Shown: piece after piece, positions 1-9,942 of the stretch | How positions within the stretch are numbered: the first letter of the stretch is position 1 | Layout of the letters: each line of letters starts with the position of its first letter | Source: a virus | Lineage: Duplodnaviria > Heunggongvirae > Uroviricota > Caudoviricetes | Virus record (IMG/VR): IMGVR_UViG_3300029305_004950 | Coordinates: 125,430 to 189,429 of that record | DNA length: 64,000 nucleotides | Strand: one strand, 5' to 3' | Notes under the pieces: generated by a model | Told to the model about the DNA's origin: nothing | Databases searched by the model: none | What the model saw: only the letters and a program-made list of their open reading frames with translations | Program-made: the position numbers and the translations under genes

Positions 1-628
1 AACCATTTATAGTAACGTTACCATTTAGTTCTATTCCACTTTCAGAAATTACAATAGAATTTCCACCAGCAACTAATTTCATTGTATGTTCATTAGTGTC
101 TACTTCAATTCTACATCCATCCCAATATGATCTAATAACGTCTATATTACAACGTTTTTCAGGATCTTCATAATTTCCAGGATTTATACAATTTGTAGTA
201 TCTATTTTATTACCTTCTGTATTAGCTGAAAATGGTAAGTAATAACATTTCTGTAAGTCTGAATCAAAAAACAATACTAAGATTTGAGAACCTACTCTAG
301 GTATTCTTAATGAACCAGAACTACAATATGATTCATTATATTTCCAATTTGGATTATTACTTTCATAGTAACTCATTGGTCTAGCCCAAATATAATTACT
401 TTCCTCTAATTCCATTTCAGAATCTTCAAAATCTTTAGAATTAAGGATTAAGCTTTTATCTAATTCTACTTTAAATTCATTTTCAAAAGGTTTCTCATCA
501 TATTCATTCTCATACATTAATTGTGGTATAAAAACTGATACTTTTCCCTCATTATCTGGATCAATATTATCTCTAACTTCAGCAATTACAAATTTAGATG
601 TATCTAATTTAGAAATATCTTCTATCAT
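1..628 (-). CDS. Baseplate central spike / hub protein, gp5-like N-terminal OB-fold domain (partial; runs off window start)
   Basis: Minus-strand ORF starting at ATG (complement of 626-628) with RBS AAGGAAGG; translation MIEDISKLDTSKFVIAEVRDNIDPDNEGKVSVFIPQLM...YIWARPMSYYES...RIPRVGSQILVLFFDSDLQKCYYLPF follows the T4 gp5 N-terminal pattern (V..V.D.DP...GRV.V..P...WA.P.....G....P.VG..V.V.F..GD...Y). Not in the ORF track because it has no stop inside the window. Confidence 0.55.
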   Translation of the reverse strand, partial: MIEDISKLDTSKFVIAEVRDNIDPDNEGKVSVFIPQLMYENEYDEKPFENEFKVELDKSLILNSKDFEDSEMELEESNYIWARPMSYYESNNPNWKYNESYCSSGSLRIPRVGSQILVLFFDSDLQKCYYLPFSANTEGNKIDTTNCINPGNYEDPEKRCNIDVIRSYWDGCRIEVDTNEHTMKLVAGGNSIVISESGIELNGNVTING

Positions 629-737
629 ATTGAAAATCACCTTCCTTTTATTATTAGGTTGTTAAAAACAATTTTTCTTATAAATATATATTCTAACATT
701 GTAAGTATATTGTTTTGTAAAGGAGTTTTGATAGAAT

Positions 738-1271
738 ATGAAAGAATTAACAATAGAATCTTTAAAAGAAATTAGTAAACGATATAATGATTATGATAGC
801 CCTTTGATAAAATCATTTAATAATGGTACCTATAAAGTTTCAAAAGCATCTTTAGCTAGATTACTAATTCAAAGTATTACAACATTTAGTCATGACGATC
901 AATTAAAGAAATTTTTAAATGAAGAATTACCAAAATTAACAAAAGATGATTTAAAAGAGATTTATAATTTGAAAGTAATTTCACGTTCAGATATAACTTC
1001 AAAAATGTTTAGTCTTTTCAATTCAGATTTAATAAATCTAACAAATATGGAAAAACAATTCATTTTTCTATATGCTTGGAGACAAAATTGCATTTTATCT
1101 GATAAAGAAGAGAAAATGACAATTATTACATTTCTTAAAAAAGAAAAACATATAAAAAGTAAAGAAATTAAAAAAGATATTGCATTAGCTTTATTAGAGA
1201 TTGATTATCTAGACTACTTTAATCCAAATGATTACAAAAGAGAATTATTTGATATTTCATTAAAAATCTAA
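738..1271 (+). CDS. hypothetical protein
   Basis: 177-aa ORF, RBS AAGGAG 11 nt upstream, no recognisable motifs. Confidence 0.55.
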   Translation: MKELTIESLKEISKRYNDYDSPLIKSFNNGTYKVSKASLARLLIQSITTFSHDDQLKKFLNEELPKLTKDDLKEIYNLKVISRSDITSKMFSLFNSDLINLTNMEKQFIFLYAWRQNCILSDKEEKMTIITFLKKEKHIKSKEIKKDIALALLEIDYLDYFNPNDYKRELFDISLKI

Positions 1272-1298
1272 AACTTTTAGGGAGGATAATAAACATAT

Positions 1299-1781
1299 AT
1301 GGAGAACAAAAAGATTTTAACAGATTACCTAATTGAGAAAATGGAAGACGTTTTAGATTTAGATCATGATAATGGAAAATACACTATGCAGCAGCAGATC
1401 TTTGAAAAAGATAAAGATATTATTTGTAATCTATTTCTACCTTTTAACATTGATGGTAAAACAATTGTTGATTATAGTGAATCTGCTAATGAGATTTTAA
1501 AGAAAGACAACTATAGACATTATATTAGATTCAATCCAATTAAGTATAAATCTCATCTATGTTTACTAGAAGAAGCTTTAGTAGAATTTGGTAAAAGTAT
1601 TGGACAGGATTTAGATAGTTCTGTCATTAAAGATGATGAAGGATATTATGGTATTGTATTGATTACATTCCATGATGGATCTAAAGAAACTTTCTTAGAA
1701 ACATCTAAAGGATATAAAAAAGAAAATGAGGCTATTTTAAAAGCTATCCTGTTAGCTTTAACGGATTATGAAGAGGAATGA
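1299..1781 (+). CDS. hypothetical protein
   Basis: 160-aa ORF with GGGAGGA RBS. Confidence 0.55.
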   Translation: MENKKILTDYLIEKMEDVLDLDHDNGKYTMQQQIFEKDKDIICNLFLPFNIDGKTIVDYSESANEILKKDNYRHYIRFNPIKYKSHLCLLEEALVEFGKSIGQDLDSSVIKDDEGYYGIVLITFHDGSKETFLETSKGYKKENEAILKAILLALTDYEEE

Positions 1782-1787
1782 TATAAG

Positions 1788-2063
1788 ATGTCTTCAGATT
1801 TAGAATCTATTACTACAATTATGTCATTTAAATGTAATAATTGTAAAGGTGAATATATTGATATGAATTTAAAACCAGATTATGATAATTTCTATCATTG
1901 TAAAATTTGTGATACTTATTATGCAAAAACTTATACGTATAATGGTTTTTATTATGTAGCAGACTTATATGAAATTGATAAGAAAATAGTTTTTGATAGA
2001 ATGCTAACTAATAGCAATCATAAGATTATTGATTTAGAAGGGAGGAGTATTTACATTGTCTGA
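1788..2063 (+). CDS. small Cys-rich (CxxC...CxxC) zinc-ribbon-like protein
   Basis: 91-aa ORF, CNNCKG...CKIC motifs, overlaps start of next gene. Confidence 0.45.
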   Translation: MSSDLESITTIMSFKCNNCKGEYIDMNLKPDYDNFYHCKICDTYYAKTYTYNGFYYVADLYEIDKKIVFDRMLTNSNHKIIDLEGRSIYIV

Positions 2064-3405
2064 AATTACTATGGATTCTTTAACACATGATCAGCAAAGA
2101 GCTATAAAGAAAATGGTCATGTGGTGGAATCTGGTTGATAATCAACAGTATTATCGTTTAGTAGGTTATGCTGGAACAGGTAAGACTTTCATAGTCAATT
2201 TCCTTATTAAAGAGTTAGGCCTAGATCCTGTTTCACAGGTTGCATTTTGTGCTTTTACTGGTTCAGCAGCTATGAATTTAGTTAAGAAAGGTAATAAGAA
2301 TGCGACTACTATTCATCAGTTAATCTATGAAACTACAGTTGAAGAATATCCAGTTTACCATAAGAAAAAGAATAAAGAAACTGGAGTTATGGAAGATGAT
2401 TTAAGTCGTGAACCAATTAGATATGAGAAGAAATTCTATACTACTAAGAAAACTCAGCTAAATCCTTTAATCAAACTAATTGTTATAGATGAATACTCTA
2501 TGGCTAGTGATGAAATGTTAAAGGATATACTAAGTTTTGGTATTAAAGTCTTGATGATTGGAGATTCAGGTCAGCTCGAACCAGTGAATAAAGTAAATAC
2601 CTTTATGGATGAGTATGATTCTATACTAGAAGAAATTGTAAGACAACAAGGTGAAAGTCCCATTATTGATCTATCTTTTAAAGCGAGAAATAAGATAGCT
2701 ATTCCATATGGTACTTATAATGAAGATGCTGAAGTATTACCTATGTATTGTTTAGATGATATAGATGATGCTATAGAATTATATACATGGGCAGATCAGA
2801 TTCTTTGTGGTTCTAATAGAACTAGAAAGAATATAAATCGAATTGTTAGAAAACATTTAGGATTTACTGATATAATCCCTCAAGTAGGAGATAAGGTAGT
2901 TTGTACTCAGAATAATTGGAAACTATTAACATATAGTCCTAAATTAGGAACCTATATAAATCTAGTAAATGGCACTATGGGTTATGTAAACAAGATTAAA
3001 GCAGTTAGTCTAGTTTCTAAAGAATTCATCATGGATTTTAGATGTGACTTTGATCCAGAATGTGTATTTGAAGATATCAAAGTTAGTTTCTGTAATTTTG
3101 ATGAAGAAACACAACCACCCTCTCAAAGAGGTAAGTTTGACGGTAGAAGTATTACTAACATCTTTGATTTTGGTTATGCTATGACTGTTCATAAAGCACA
3201 GGGTAATGGATATGGTAAAGTTCTTGTTATAGTCGAAAAAATGTCCTTTAGACCTTTCAATATAGAAACTGAAAGACGTTGGCTGTATACTGCTATTACA
3301 AGAGCTGAAAAACAGTTGATTATGTTAATTGATGATAAATACTATCGTAGTCCTTTGTATGAAAGAGATAGAGAATTTTGGAATAGCTATGATGAATACT
3401 ACTAA
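2056..3405 (+). CDS. Dda/RecD-like SF1 DNA helicase
   Basis: TTG start with GGGAGGAG RBS. Walker A GYAGTGKTF, Walker B LIVIDEYSM, motif VI TVHKAQGNGYG; layout as in T4 Dda. Confidence 0.85.
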   Translation: MSEITMDSLTHDQQRAIKKMVMWWNLVDNQQYYRLVGYAGTGKTFIVNFLIKELGLDPVSQVAFCAFTGSAAMNLVKKGNKNATTIHQLIYETTVEEYPVYHKKKNKETGVMEDDLSREPIRYEKKFYTTKKTQLNPLIKLIVIDEYSMASDEMLKDILSFGIKVLMIGDSGQLEPVNKVNTFMDEYDSILEEIVRQQGESPIIDLSFKARNKIAIPYGTYNEDAEVLPMYCLDDIDDAIELYTWADQILCGSNRTRKNINRIVRKHLGFTDIIPQVGDKVVCTQNNWKLLTYSPKLGTYINLVNGTMGYVNKIKAVSLVSKEFIMDFRCDFDPECVFEDIKVSFCNFDEETQPPSQRGKFDGRSITNIFDFGYAMTVHKAQGNGYGKVLVIVEKMSFRPFNIETERRWLYTAITRAEKQLIMLIDDKYYRSPLYERDREFWNSYDEYY

Positions 3406-3426
3406 AGAAAGGATTGAAACAAACTC

Positions 3427-3819
3427 ATGACTAATAATCCAAATGAAATCATTGAAGAGTATGAAGCTAAAGAACAGATTTCTGACAAACAGAAGAAAAA
3501 GAAACCTAAGACTAAGAAAGCCGATCACAAACATGTATATGATAAGTATGTGATAAAAGAAGAAAAATTAGAAACATTATTTGGTAGCTATACATTGTAT
3601 AAGGACAAAACACAGTTTAGTATATATAAGAAATGTTCTGTATGTGGAAAACTTATTCATGAAAATCTACCACAGTATATAGAAGATGATTTAGCTAATA
3701 CTTTTGAAAAGAATTCAAAAAAATGGAAGTATTTTTATTTCTGTATTAGTAATAGAGATGAAGTAGAGTATATAGAAAAGAATTATCCTGAAATTGAAAT
3801 TTGTTATCTTGAAAAATAA
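3427..3819 (+). CDS. hypothetical protein (Lys-rich N-terminus, CxxC)
   Basis: 130-aa ORF. Confidence 0.5.
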   Translation: MTNNPNEIIEEYEAKEQISDKQKKKKPKTKKADHKHVYDKYVIKEEKLETLFGSYTLYKDKTQFSIYKKCSVCGKLIHENLPQYIEDDLANTFEKNSKKWKYFYFCISNRDEVEYIEKNYPEIEICYLEK

Positions 3820-3862
3820 GTATATATTCTTATAGTGATTCTATTGAGGAGGTTTATTAACT

Positions 3863-4123
3863 ATGAATGAAGTTTCTAATCAGCAAAACAATAATCAAGA
3901 AATGGAAAAACTATATTATAAGCCTAATGAAGCTAGTTTTAATTTCAATGGTATTACTTTGAATGTAGACATTCCTACATTTGTAGGTAACATTAAGAAG
4001 ATTAGAGAAGAAAATAGAAGAAAGAAAGCACTTAAAGAATTAAAGAAACTTGAAGGTAAGACTTTAAGAGACGCACAGCATCATGTTGAAGATGAAACTA
4101 TTGAAGTTGAAGAGGTTAAATAA
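3863..4123 (+). CDS. hypothetical protein
   Basis: 86-aa ORF, GAGGAGG RBS. Confidence 0.5.
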   Translation: MNEVSNQQNNNQEMEKLYYKPNEASFNFNGITLNVDIPTFVGNIKKIREENRRKKALKELKKLEGKTLRDAQHHVEDETIEVEEVK

Positions 4124-4368
4124 TGAATAACGAGAATACTTTTCAATCTACAGAAAATTTAGATGATATTGTATTTACTACAGATACAGAACTACCAATT
4201 GATCCAGAACAAGCTTTTATCAGTACTAAAAATTCAGATGATTTTGATTTCAATTTTAACAATCAGAATAATGCTAATAGAGCTACTAAACCAAAAGCTA
4301 TGACAAAGAAACAAAGAAGATCTCGCACTAAAATGACTAAGGCGAGTCGTAGACGTAATCATAGATAA
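4123..4368 (+). CDS. small protein with highly basic C-terminus (KKQRRSRTKMTKASRRRNHR)
   Basis: 81-aa ORF, start overlaps upstream stop (TAATGA). Confidence 0.45.
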   Translation: MNNENTFQSTENLDDIVFTTDTELPIDPEQAFISTKNSDDFDFNFNNQNNANRATKPKAMTKKQRRSRTKMTKASRRRNHR

Positions 4369-4376
4369 AAAAGTAT

Positions 4377-4425
4377 TAGGGGAAGAATGACAAAAACTGT
4401 CATTCTTCCTTAATTTTTTTGAAAA
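4377..4425 (+). terminator. rho-independent terminator
   Basis: GGGGAAGAATGACA-loop-TGTCATTCTTCC hairpin followed by a T-run. Confidence 0.55.
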
Positions 4426-4515
4426 ACACAAATTTTCACTATAACAAAAAATTACACAAAACATAAATCACTAAGGTGATAGTATTTGTTATAAATGTAT
4501 AAAGGAGATGTTTAG

Positions 4516-6774
4516 ATGAATGTAGCTGAATGGTTAGGAAAAGACAACCAACTTGGAATTGATATTTGGGAAAAGAAATATCGTCAAGATGATGAATCTT
4601 TTGACGAATGGCTAGATAGAGTAAGTGGTAAGGATGATGAAGTAAAACAGTTAATTCTTGAAAAGAAGTTTTTATTTGGTGGAAGAATTCTTTCAAATAG
4701 ACTACTTGATAGAAAAGCTACTTACAGTAATTGTTACGTTCTTCCTGCTCCTGAAGATAACATAGAAAGTATTTTTGATACTGCTAAGAACATGGCTAGA
4801 ACATATAGCTATGGTGGTGGTATTGGTTTTGATTTATCTAAGTTAGCTCCTAATGGTGCTAAGATTAACAATACCGCTAAGTATACTAGTGGTGCTATTT
4901 CATTTATGGATCTATACTCCATGGTTACAGGCTTGATTGGTCAGAATGGACGTAGAGGTGCTTTGATGTTATCTATGTCAGTATCTCACCCTGACATTGA
5001 GGAATTCATTAAGTGTAAGACAGATCTAGATAGAGTTACTAAAGCAAATATCTCTGTAAGAGTTTCTGATGATTTTATGAAAGCTGTTGTAAATGATGAA
5101 ATGTGGACTATGTCTTTTACAAGAGATGAAACTAAAGAAACTATTAGTAAAGAAGTTAAAGCTAAAGATTTATTCAGACTAATTTGTGAAACTAATCATA
5201 ACTATGCAGAACCTGGTCTACTATTCTGGGATACTGTATCTAATGGTAACTTACTAGAATTTGATAAGGATTTTAGTTATGCTGGTACTAATCCCTGTGG
5301 AGAAATGCCTCTACCTGCTGGTGGTGCATGTAATCTAGGTTCTATTAATCTAGCAGAATTTGTAGGTGAACCTTTTACAGATGATGCATATATTGATTAT
5401 ATAGATTTAGAAGAAACCGTTAGAATTGCAACTAGAGCATTAAATGAAGTTTTACATGAAGGTTTATCTAAGCATCCTCTAGACATTCAGAAAGAATCCG
5501 TTAACAATTGGAGACAGATTGGTCTTGGTGTTATGGGTATTTCTGATATGCTTATTAAGCTTGGTGTACGTTATGGTTCAGAAGAAGCATCTACAGTACT
5601 GTATAATGTAATGAAAACTATTGCATATGAATCTTTTAAAGAATCCTATAACTTAGCCGATAAGTATGGTTCTTATCCTAACTTTAAAAAGAATAAAGTC
5701 GTTCAGTCAGCATTTTATAAAAGATTAAATGTATTTACATCTAATAATAAGAAACTAGATAAACTAGCAAATTCTCAGTTACTAACTATTGCTCCTACTG
5801 GTACTCTTTCCACTATGTTAGGTATTAGTGGTGGTATTGAACCTATCTTTGCTAATTCCTATACTAGAACTACTCAAAGCTTACATGGAAATAACAATGA
5901 TGTAGTTTATAAAGTATATACTCCTATTGTAGAAGCATATATGAAAGCCAATGGTATAACTGATGAAAAGGATCTTCCTGATTACTTTGTAACTGCAAAG
6001 GATATCAATTGGAGAGAAAGAATCAATATGCAGGCTGCAGCTCAACATTGGATTGATGGTGCTATTAGTTCTACTCTTAATGTACCTGAAGATTTTACAG
6101 TTGAAGATGTAATGGAAGCATATATGTATGCTTGGAACGCTGGTCTAAAGGGTATCACTATGTTCCGTGATAACTGTAAGAGAGTAGCTATTCTAAATAC
6201 TGATAAACCTAAAGAAGAAGAAAAGTCTGTTATTGAACTAGCTGATAGTCTAGTCGGTAAGAGAAAAACTCTAACTACTGGTTGCGGTAGTTTACATTTA
6301 CAGGCATTCTTTGATAGACATACTGGTGAACTAAAAGAAGTCTTCTTAGCTAAGGGTTCTACTGGTGGCTGCAATAACTTCATGATTGGTTTATCTAGAA
6401 TGATTAGTCTAGCTGCTAAAAATGGTGTTTCTACAGCAGAAATTGTTGATCAGCTTAATAGTTGTGGTGTATGTCCTAGTTATGCAGTAAGAAGAGCAAC
6501 AAAGGGTGATACAAGTCCTGGTAGTTGCTGTCCTGTTGCAGTTGGTAAGGCATTGATTGAATTACAGAAGGAAATGAAAGATGAGATCAATCAATTTTCT
6601 TCTAATACTAAAAAAGAATCTGCTGTTCAAAAGAAAGTAGAGAAAAAAGTAGAGAAGACTAATGCTAATGTTGATCATTCTAAACCTATTAAGTGTCCAG
6701 AATGTGGAGAACCACTAAGCTTTACTAATGGATGTGACAGTTGTACTAACTGTGGTTATTCTACTTGTTCTTAA
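4516..6774 (+). CDS. nrdJ: adenosylcobalamin-dependent (class II) ribonucleotide reductase
   Basis: 752 aa. RNR active-site signature NPCGE...C.LGSINL, a G-Y...GGG glycine-rich block, and a C-terminal CxxC...CxxC zinc ribbon (CPECGEP...CDSCTNC) typical of NrdJ. Confidence 0.88.
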   Translation: MNVAEWLGKDNQLGIDIWEKKYRQDDESFDEWLDRVSGKDDEVKQLILEKKFLFGGRILSNRLLDRKATYSNCYVLPAPEDNIESIFDTAKNMARTYSYGGGIGFDLSKLAPNGAKINNTAKYTSGAISFMDLYSMVTGLIGQNGRRGALMLSMSVSHPDIEEFIKCKTDLDRVTKANISVRVSDDFMKAVVNDEMWTMSFTRDETKETISKEVKAKDLFRLICETNHNYAEPGLLFWDTVSNGNLLEFDKDFSYAGTNPCGEMPLPAGGACNLGSINLAEFVGEPFTDDAYIDYIDLEETVRIATRALNEVLHEGLSKHPLDIQKESVNNWRQIGLGVMGISDMLIKLGVRYGSEEASTVLYNVMKTIAYESFKESYNLADKYGSYPNFKKNKVVQSAFYKRLNVFTSNNKKLDKLANSQLLTIAPTGTLSTMLGISGGIEPIFANSYTRTTQSLHGNNNDVVYKVYTPIVEAYMKANGITDEKDLPDYFVTAKDINWRERINMQAAAQHWIDGAISSTLNVPEDFTVEDVMEAYMYAWNAGLKGITMFRDNCKRVAILNTDKPKEEEKSVIELADSLVGKRKTLTTGCGSLHLQAFFDRHTGELKEVFLAKGSTGGCNNFMIGLSRMISLAAKNGVSTAEIVDQLNSCGVCPSYAVRRATKGDTSPGSCCPVAVGKALIELQKEMKDEINQFSSNTKKESAVQKKVEKKVEKTNANVDHSKPIKCPECGEPLSFTNGCDSCTNCGYSTCS

Positions 6775-6785
6775 TTAAAAACTAT

Positions 6786-6826
6786 AAAAGGTATAATCCA
6801 ATACGGATTATACCTTTTTTTTATTT
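6786..6826 (+). terminator. rho-independent terminator
   Basis: AAGGTATAATCC-loop-GGATTATACCTT hairpin plus T8. Confidence 0.6.
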
Positions 6827-6890
6827 CCTTAAAGTATGTTTTAGTGAAAAAATTATTAATGATACTTTTTATGAAAGGAAGAAGTAAATA

Positions 6891-7322
6891 ATGAGAAAAT
6901 TTTTTAACTGGCTTCATAGCCTATTTAAGAGCGAGAAAAATACAGAAATTGCTGTAATTACAGAACCTACCGATGAGGTAATTGAAGAAAAGAATGATGA
7001 AGAATTAGATATCCCTGTAGAAGAAACTATTGAAACTGAGTGTCACTGTGAAGAGTGTAATTGCGATAAGCAGTCTGATGAAGATTTCTTAAAGAATCTT
7101 GATTGGGATAACTTAGATTTGTATGATTTACATACACTATATTCTCTTGATCTAGAAAATTACTGTGATGACTTAGTTAACTGGTATAAGATTTCTAAGA
7201 TTAAGGGCCTACCTGATGATTTCATTCGTAAGTATAAGGACAAGATCATCTGGAAAGAGTATAACAAGAGTTACTTAAGACATAAGACTAGAGATATGCT
7301 TAGAGAAGAAGGATATCTATAA
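6891..7322 (+). CDS. hypothetical protein, member of Trp-bracketed repeat paralog family
   Basis: 143 aa; the C-terminal half carries repeats W..IS.....L.DDFIRKYKDKIIW similar to those of ORF 7511..8734. Confidence 0.55.
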   Translation: MRKFFNWLHSLFKSEKNTEIAVITEPTDEVIEEKNDEELDIPVEETIETECHCEECNCDKQSDEDFLKNLDWDNLDLYDLHTLYSLDLENYCDDLVNWYKISKIKGLPDDFIRKYKDKIIWKEYNKSYLRHKTRDMLREEGYL

Positions 7323-7329
7323 TAGATAA

Positions 7330-7368
7330 TACAGATATAGCTTAACAAAAGCTATATCTGTATTTTTC
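7330..7368 (+). terminator. rho-independent terminator
   Basis: ACAGATATAGCTT-loop-AAGCTATATCTGT plus T-run. Confidence 0.55.
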
Positions 7369-7510
7369 AATTATAAAAATATCTATTATTCTAACTTTGA
7401 TATAAAAGAATTATTTCTTTAAAAATGCTTAAAATAATTCCATATATCAAAATAACGTATGGTTTACAAACATACATTAAAATTCTATTAAGAAAAGGAG
7501 AAGATCAAAT

Positions 7511-8734
7511 ATGACTGATCAGAAAAGATTTAACAAATCTGTTATTGATGAAGAAGATGAAATTGAAGAATATAGCGATGATCCTAGAAATGTAAAGTAC
7601 AAGAAATTTGTAAAACTATTTGACATGCCTGATGAAGAAAGACTAAAGATGTTTGATCATTTCTTTAGTGAAGAAGCTAATCATAAGTTCTGGAACTATT
7701 GTAATGAGTTTAATCAACTTTCTATTCCATTTGTAGAATACTTTATGGATATGCTTCCTACTAAGTATTGGAAGACTCAGGCTAGAAAACTAATTAGACA
7801 TGATTTAGATGAAACATTTGCTGATCATTTTGCTGATAAGATCTACTGGCCTTTGGCTTCTAAGGAAATGACAAAGCTCAGACAGGTTGATGAAGAACTA
7901 ATTAGAAAATATGATAAGTATTGGGATTGGACTCAGATTTCTAAGGCTAGATTGTCTGAAGATCTAATTGAAGATTACAAGTATTGCGTAGATTGGACTG
8001 AAGTATCTATGCATTCTAGACTATCTGAAAACTTTATTCGTAAACATGTTAATGATGTAAACTGGGAAAAGATTTCTGAATGGCAAAGAACTCTATCTGA
8101 AGACTTTATTCGCCAGTATCAAGATATGGTTAACTGGAAGTTCATCTCTCAGTATCAGAAACTATCTGAAAAGTTTATGGATGAGTTTGCTGATAAGATT
8201 GATTGGTTCTATGCTTCTAAATCTCAGAAAATGTCTGAAGGATTTATTGCAAAGCATAGAGATGATGTTGACTGGGGAAGAATTTCTCGTTATCAAGTAC
8301 TAAGCATGTACTTTATTCGTCAGTATAAGAATTATGTAAAGTGGAATAGTATCTTTATGTATCAGAAAACATCTGAAAAATTTAAAGAAGAATTTGCTGA
8401 GTTCTATCAGCCTTATGAAGACAAGTTAAAGAAAAAGGGAAAAGGTGTTAGAGCACAGAAACGTAAGATGGCAGCAAAGGCAGTCTTAGAAGATGAATGG
8501 CGTAAGGAACGTGGCTTTGAAAATCAATCTGAAAATTTCAAATATAGTAAGAGACCTTCTGGTAAGCCTTTACTAAGAAATGAACAGCAGATTAGAGAAG
8601 AGCGATCTATTGTTAATAGATCTAGTGCTCGTACAGTTGTCAAACCTGGTGATCGTTATACACCTGTTACTAGACCTACTATTGCTAAAGAAGTAAATGA
8701 AGCAAGAGATGAATCTCTTAAGAAACACTTTTAA
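7511..8734 (+). CDS. tandem-repeat protein (about seven ~27-aa W..IS..Q.LSE.FI....D.V.W repeats) with basic C-terminal tail
   Basis: 407-aa ORF; the repeats are visible directly in the translation. Confidence 0.6.
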   Translation: MTDQKRFNKSVIDEEDEIEEYSDDPRNVKYKKFVKLFDMPDEERLKMFDHFFSEEANHKFWNYCNEFNQLSIPFVEYFMDMLPTKYWKTQARKLIRHDLDETFADHFADKIYWPLASKEMTKLRQVDEELIRKYDKYWDWTQISKARLSEDLIEDYKYCVDWTEVSMHSRLSENFIRKHVNDVNWEKISEWQRTLSEDFIRQYQDMVNWKFISQYQKLSEKFMDEFADKIDWFYASKSQKMSEGFIAKHRDDVDWGRISRYQVLSMYFIRQYKNYVKWNSIFMYQKTSEKFKEEFAEFYQPYEDKLKKKGKGVRAQKRKMAAKAVLEDEWRKERGFENQSENFKYSKRPSGKPLLRNEQQIREERSIVNRSSARTVVKPGDRYTPVTRPTIAKEVNEARDESLKKHF

Positions 8735-8747
8735 GTTTTAACAATAA

Positions 8748-8805
8748 AGATAAAGTATGATTAACCTATTTAGAGAATCATACTTTATCTTTTTTAAAAG
8801 AATGA
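8748..8805 (+). terminator. rho-independent terminator
   Basis: AAGATAAAGTATGATT-loop-AATCATACTTTATCTT plus T6; covers the 5' part of track ORF 8757. Confidence 0.5.
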
Positions 8806-8816
8806 GGATTTTACAT

Positions 8817-9221
8817 ATGAATAATTCAGATACAGAAAAGAGTTTTTTAAACTTTGAACTAACTTTGGAAGCCTATGACGCAATAATGGATTATATAGAG
8901 GACAATAACTTACTAAATGAAGATAATGCTGAAAGTTTTAGTATCTATGAAAGTCTAATGTTTGAATTAGCTATAGCTGAAGTAACTAAACTAAAACAAG
9001 TACTAATACAAGAAAATGCTAAATACTTATTAGCATTATTAGAAGTTAAAAAAGCTAAAGCAATGATAGATGATTTAATAAAAGAAATTACAAAAATGGC
9101 TGAGAAAGAAAAGCTAGAAAAAGAAAGAAAAGAGCAAGAACAGAATGATACAGTAAAATCTACTAAGGAATCTTTTATAGATACACTAAAGGGTAAGTTC
9201 TCTAAGTTTTTTAATCTATAA
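8817..9221 (+). CDS. hypothetical coiled-coil protein
   Basis: Start moved to the ATG at 8817 (GAGGA RBS) because the track start at 8757 lies inside the terminator hairpin. Confidence 0.5.
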   Translation: MNNSDTEKSFLNFELTLEAYDAIMDYIEDNNLLNEDNAESFSIYESLMFELAIAEVTKLKQVLIQENAKYLLALLEVKKAKAMIDDLIKEITKMAEKEKLEKERKEQEQNDTVKSTKESFIDTLKGKFSKFFNL

Positions 9222-9332
9222 TCAAAAATAGTATAGTTTTTATAAAAACTATACTATTTTTAAATCTTTATTTTACTTATAAACATATATCATAATTCAG
9301 GTAAAATAAAAAGAAAGGAAATTTCATATCTT

Positions 9333-9938
9333 ATGGAAAACATTAAAAAGACTAAAAATTTCTTTTGTAGAAAATGCTTAACATCATATATCATCCCAAC
9401 TGAATATAAAAATGAAATTGTAAATCTAACAGAGAATATAAAGATTGATCAGCATCTAAACTTTACTTATAAGTGTTGTAAGTGTGGCCATGATGCTGAA
9501 GAAATTGATGAAAAGATGTTTTATAACGTCATAAAACTGAATAAAATGGGTTTCTATACTGATTATTGTTGTGAAGGTCATTCAGAAGATGATAAGAATA
9601 TGGATAGTGGCACTTATATTAAATTTCTAAGTTTTGATGAACGTTTCTGTGATGATTTTAGAAAAATGGATGAAGAAAAACATTTATATCTAAAATCTTT
9701 CTTAGAAAGAGAAATTAGAAATCATCCACTACTAAACTTTGAAATAAGCAAATATGATCATTCAATATCAATCGATATGAACTATAATTCAGATGAATTT
9801 GATAGATACATTGATGATAAAGGTTTTGAATATGTCAAAACTGAAACTCTATCACAATTTGATGAACTCATCAAAAAATTAGAAAAACAAATAACAAGAG
9901 AAGAAAAAATGAAGAACTATAAGAAAGGAAACTATTAA
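9333..9938 (+). CDS. hypothetical protein with CxxC...CxxC zinc-ribbon N-terminus
   Basis: 201-aa ORF. Confidence 0.5.
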   Translation: MENIKKTKNFFCRKCLTSYIIPTEYKNEIVNLTENIKIDQHLNFTYKCCKCGHDAEEIDEKMFYNVIKLNKMGFYTDYCCEGHSEDDKNMDSGTYIKFLSFDERFCDDFRKMDEEKHLYLKSFLEREIRNHPLLNFEISKYDHSISIDMNYNSDEFDRYIDDKGFEYVKTETLSQFDELIKKLEKQITREEKMKNYKKGNY

Positions 9939-9942
9939 AAAC

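Noticed and set aside
3010-3534. Antisense ORFs 3010..3192(-) and 3325..3534(-)
   Set aside because: Embedded antisense in the helicase gene; low-complexity, no RBS.
4234-4696. ORFs 4234..4464(-) and 4439..4696(-)
   Set aside because: Antisense to coding sequence, a terminator and the nrdJ start region; no RBS; Leu/Phe/Ile-rich translation typical of AT-rich antisense frames.
6042-6383. ORF 6042..6383(-)
   Set aside because: Inside nrdJ on the opposite strand.
8757-8816. Track start codon for ORF 8757..9221
   Set aside because: The first 60 nt lie inside a terminator hairpin. A GAGGA RBS precedes the ATG at 8817.
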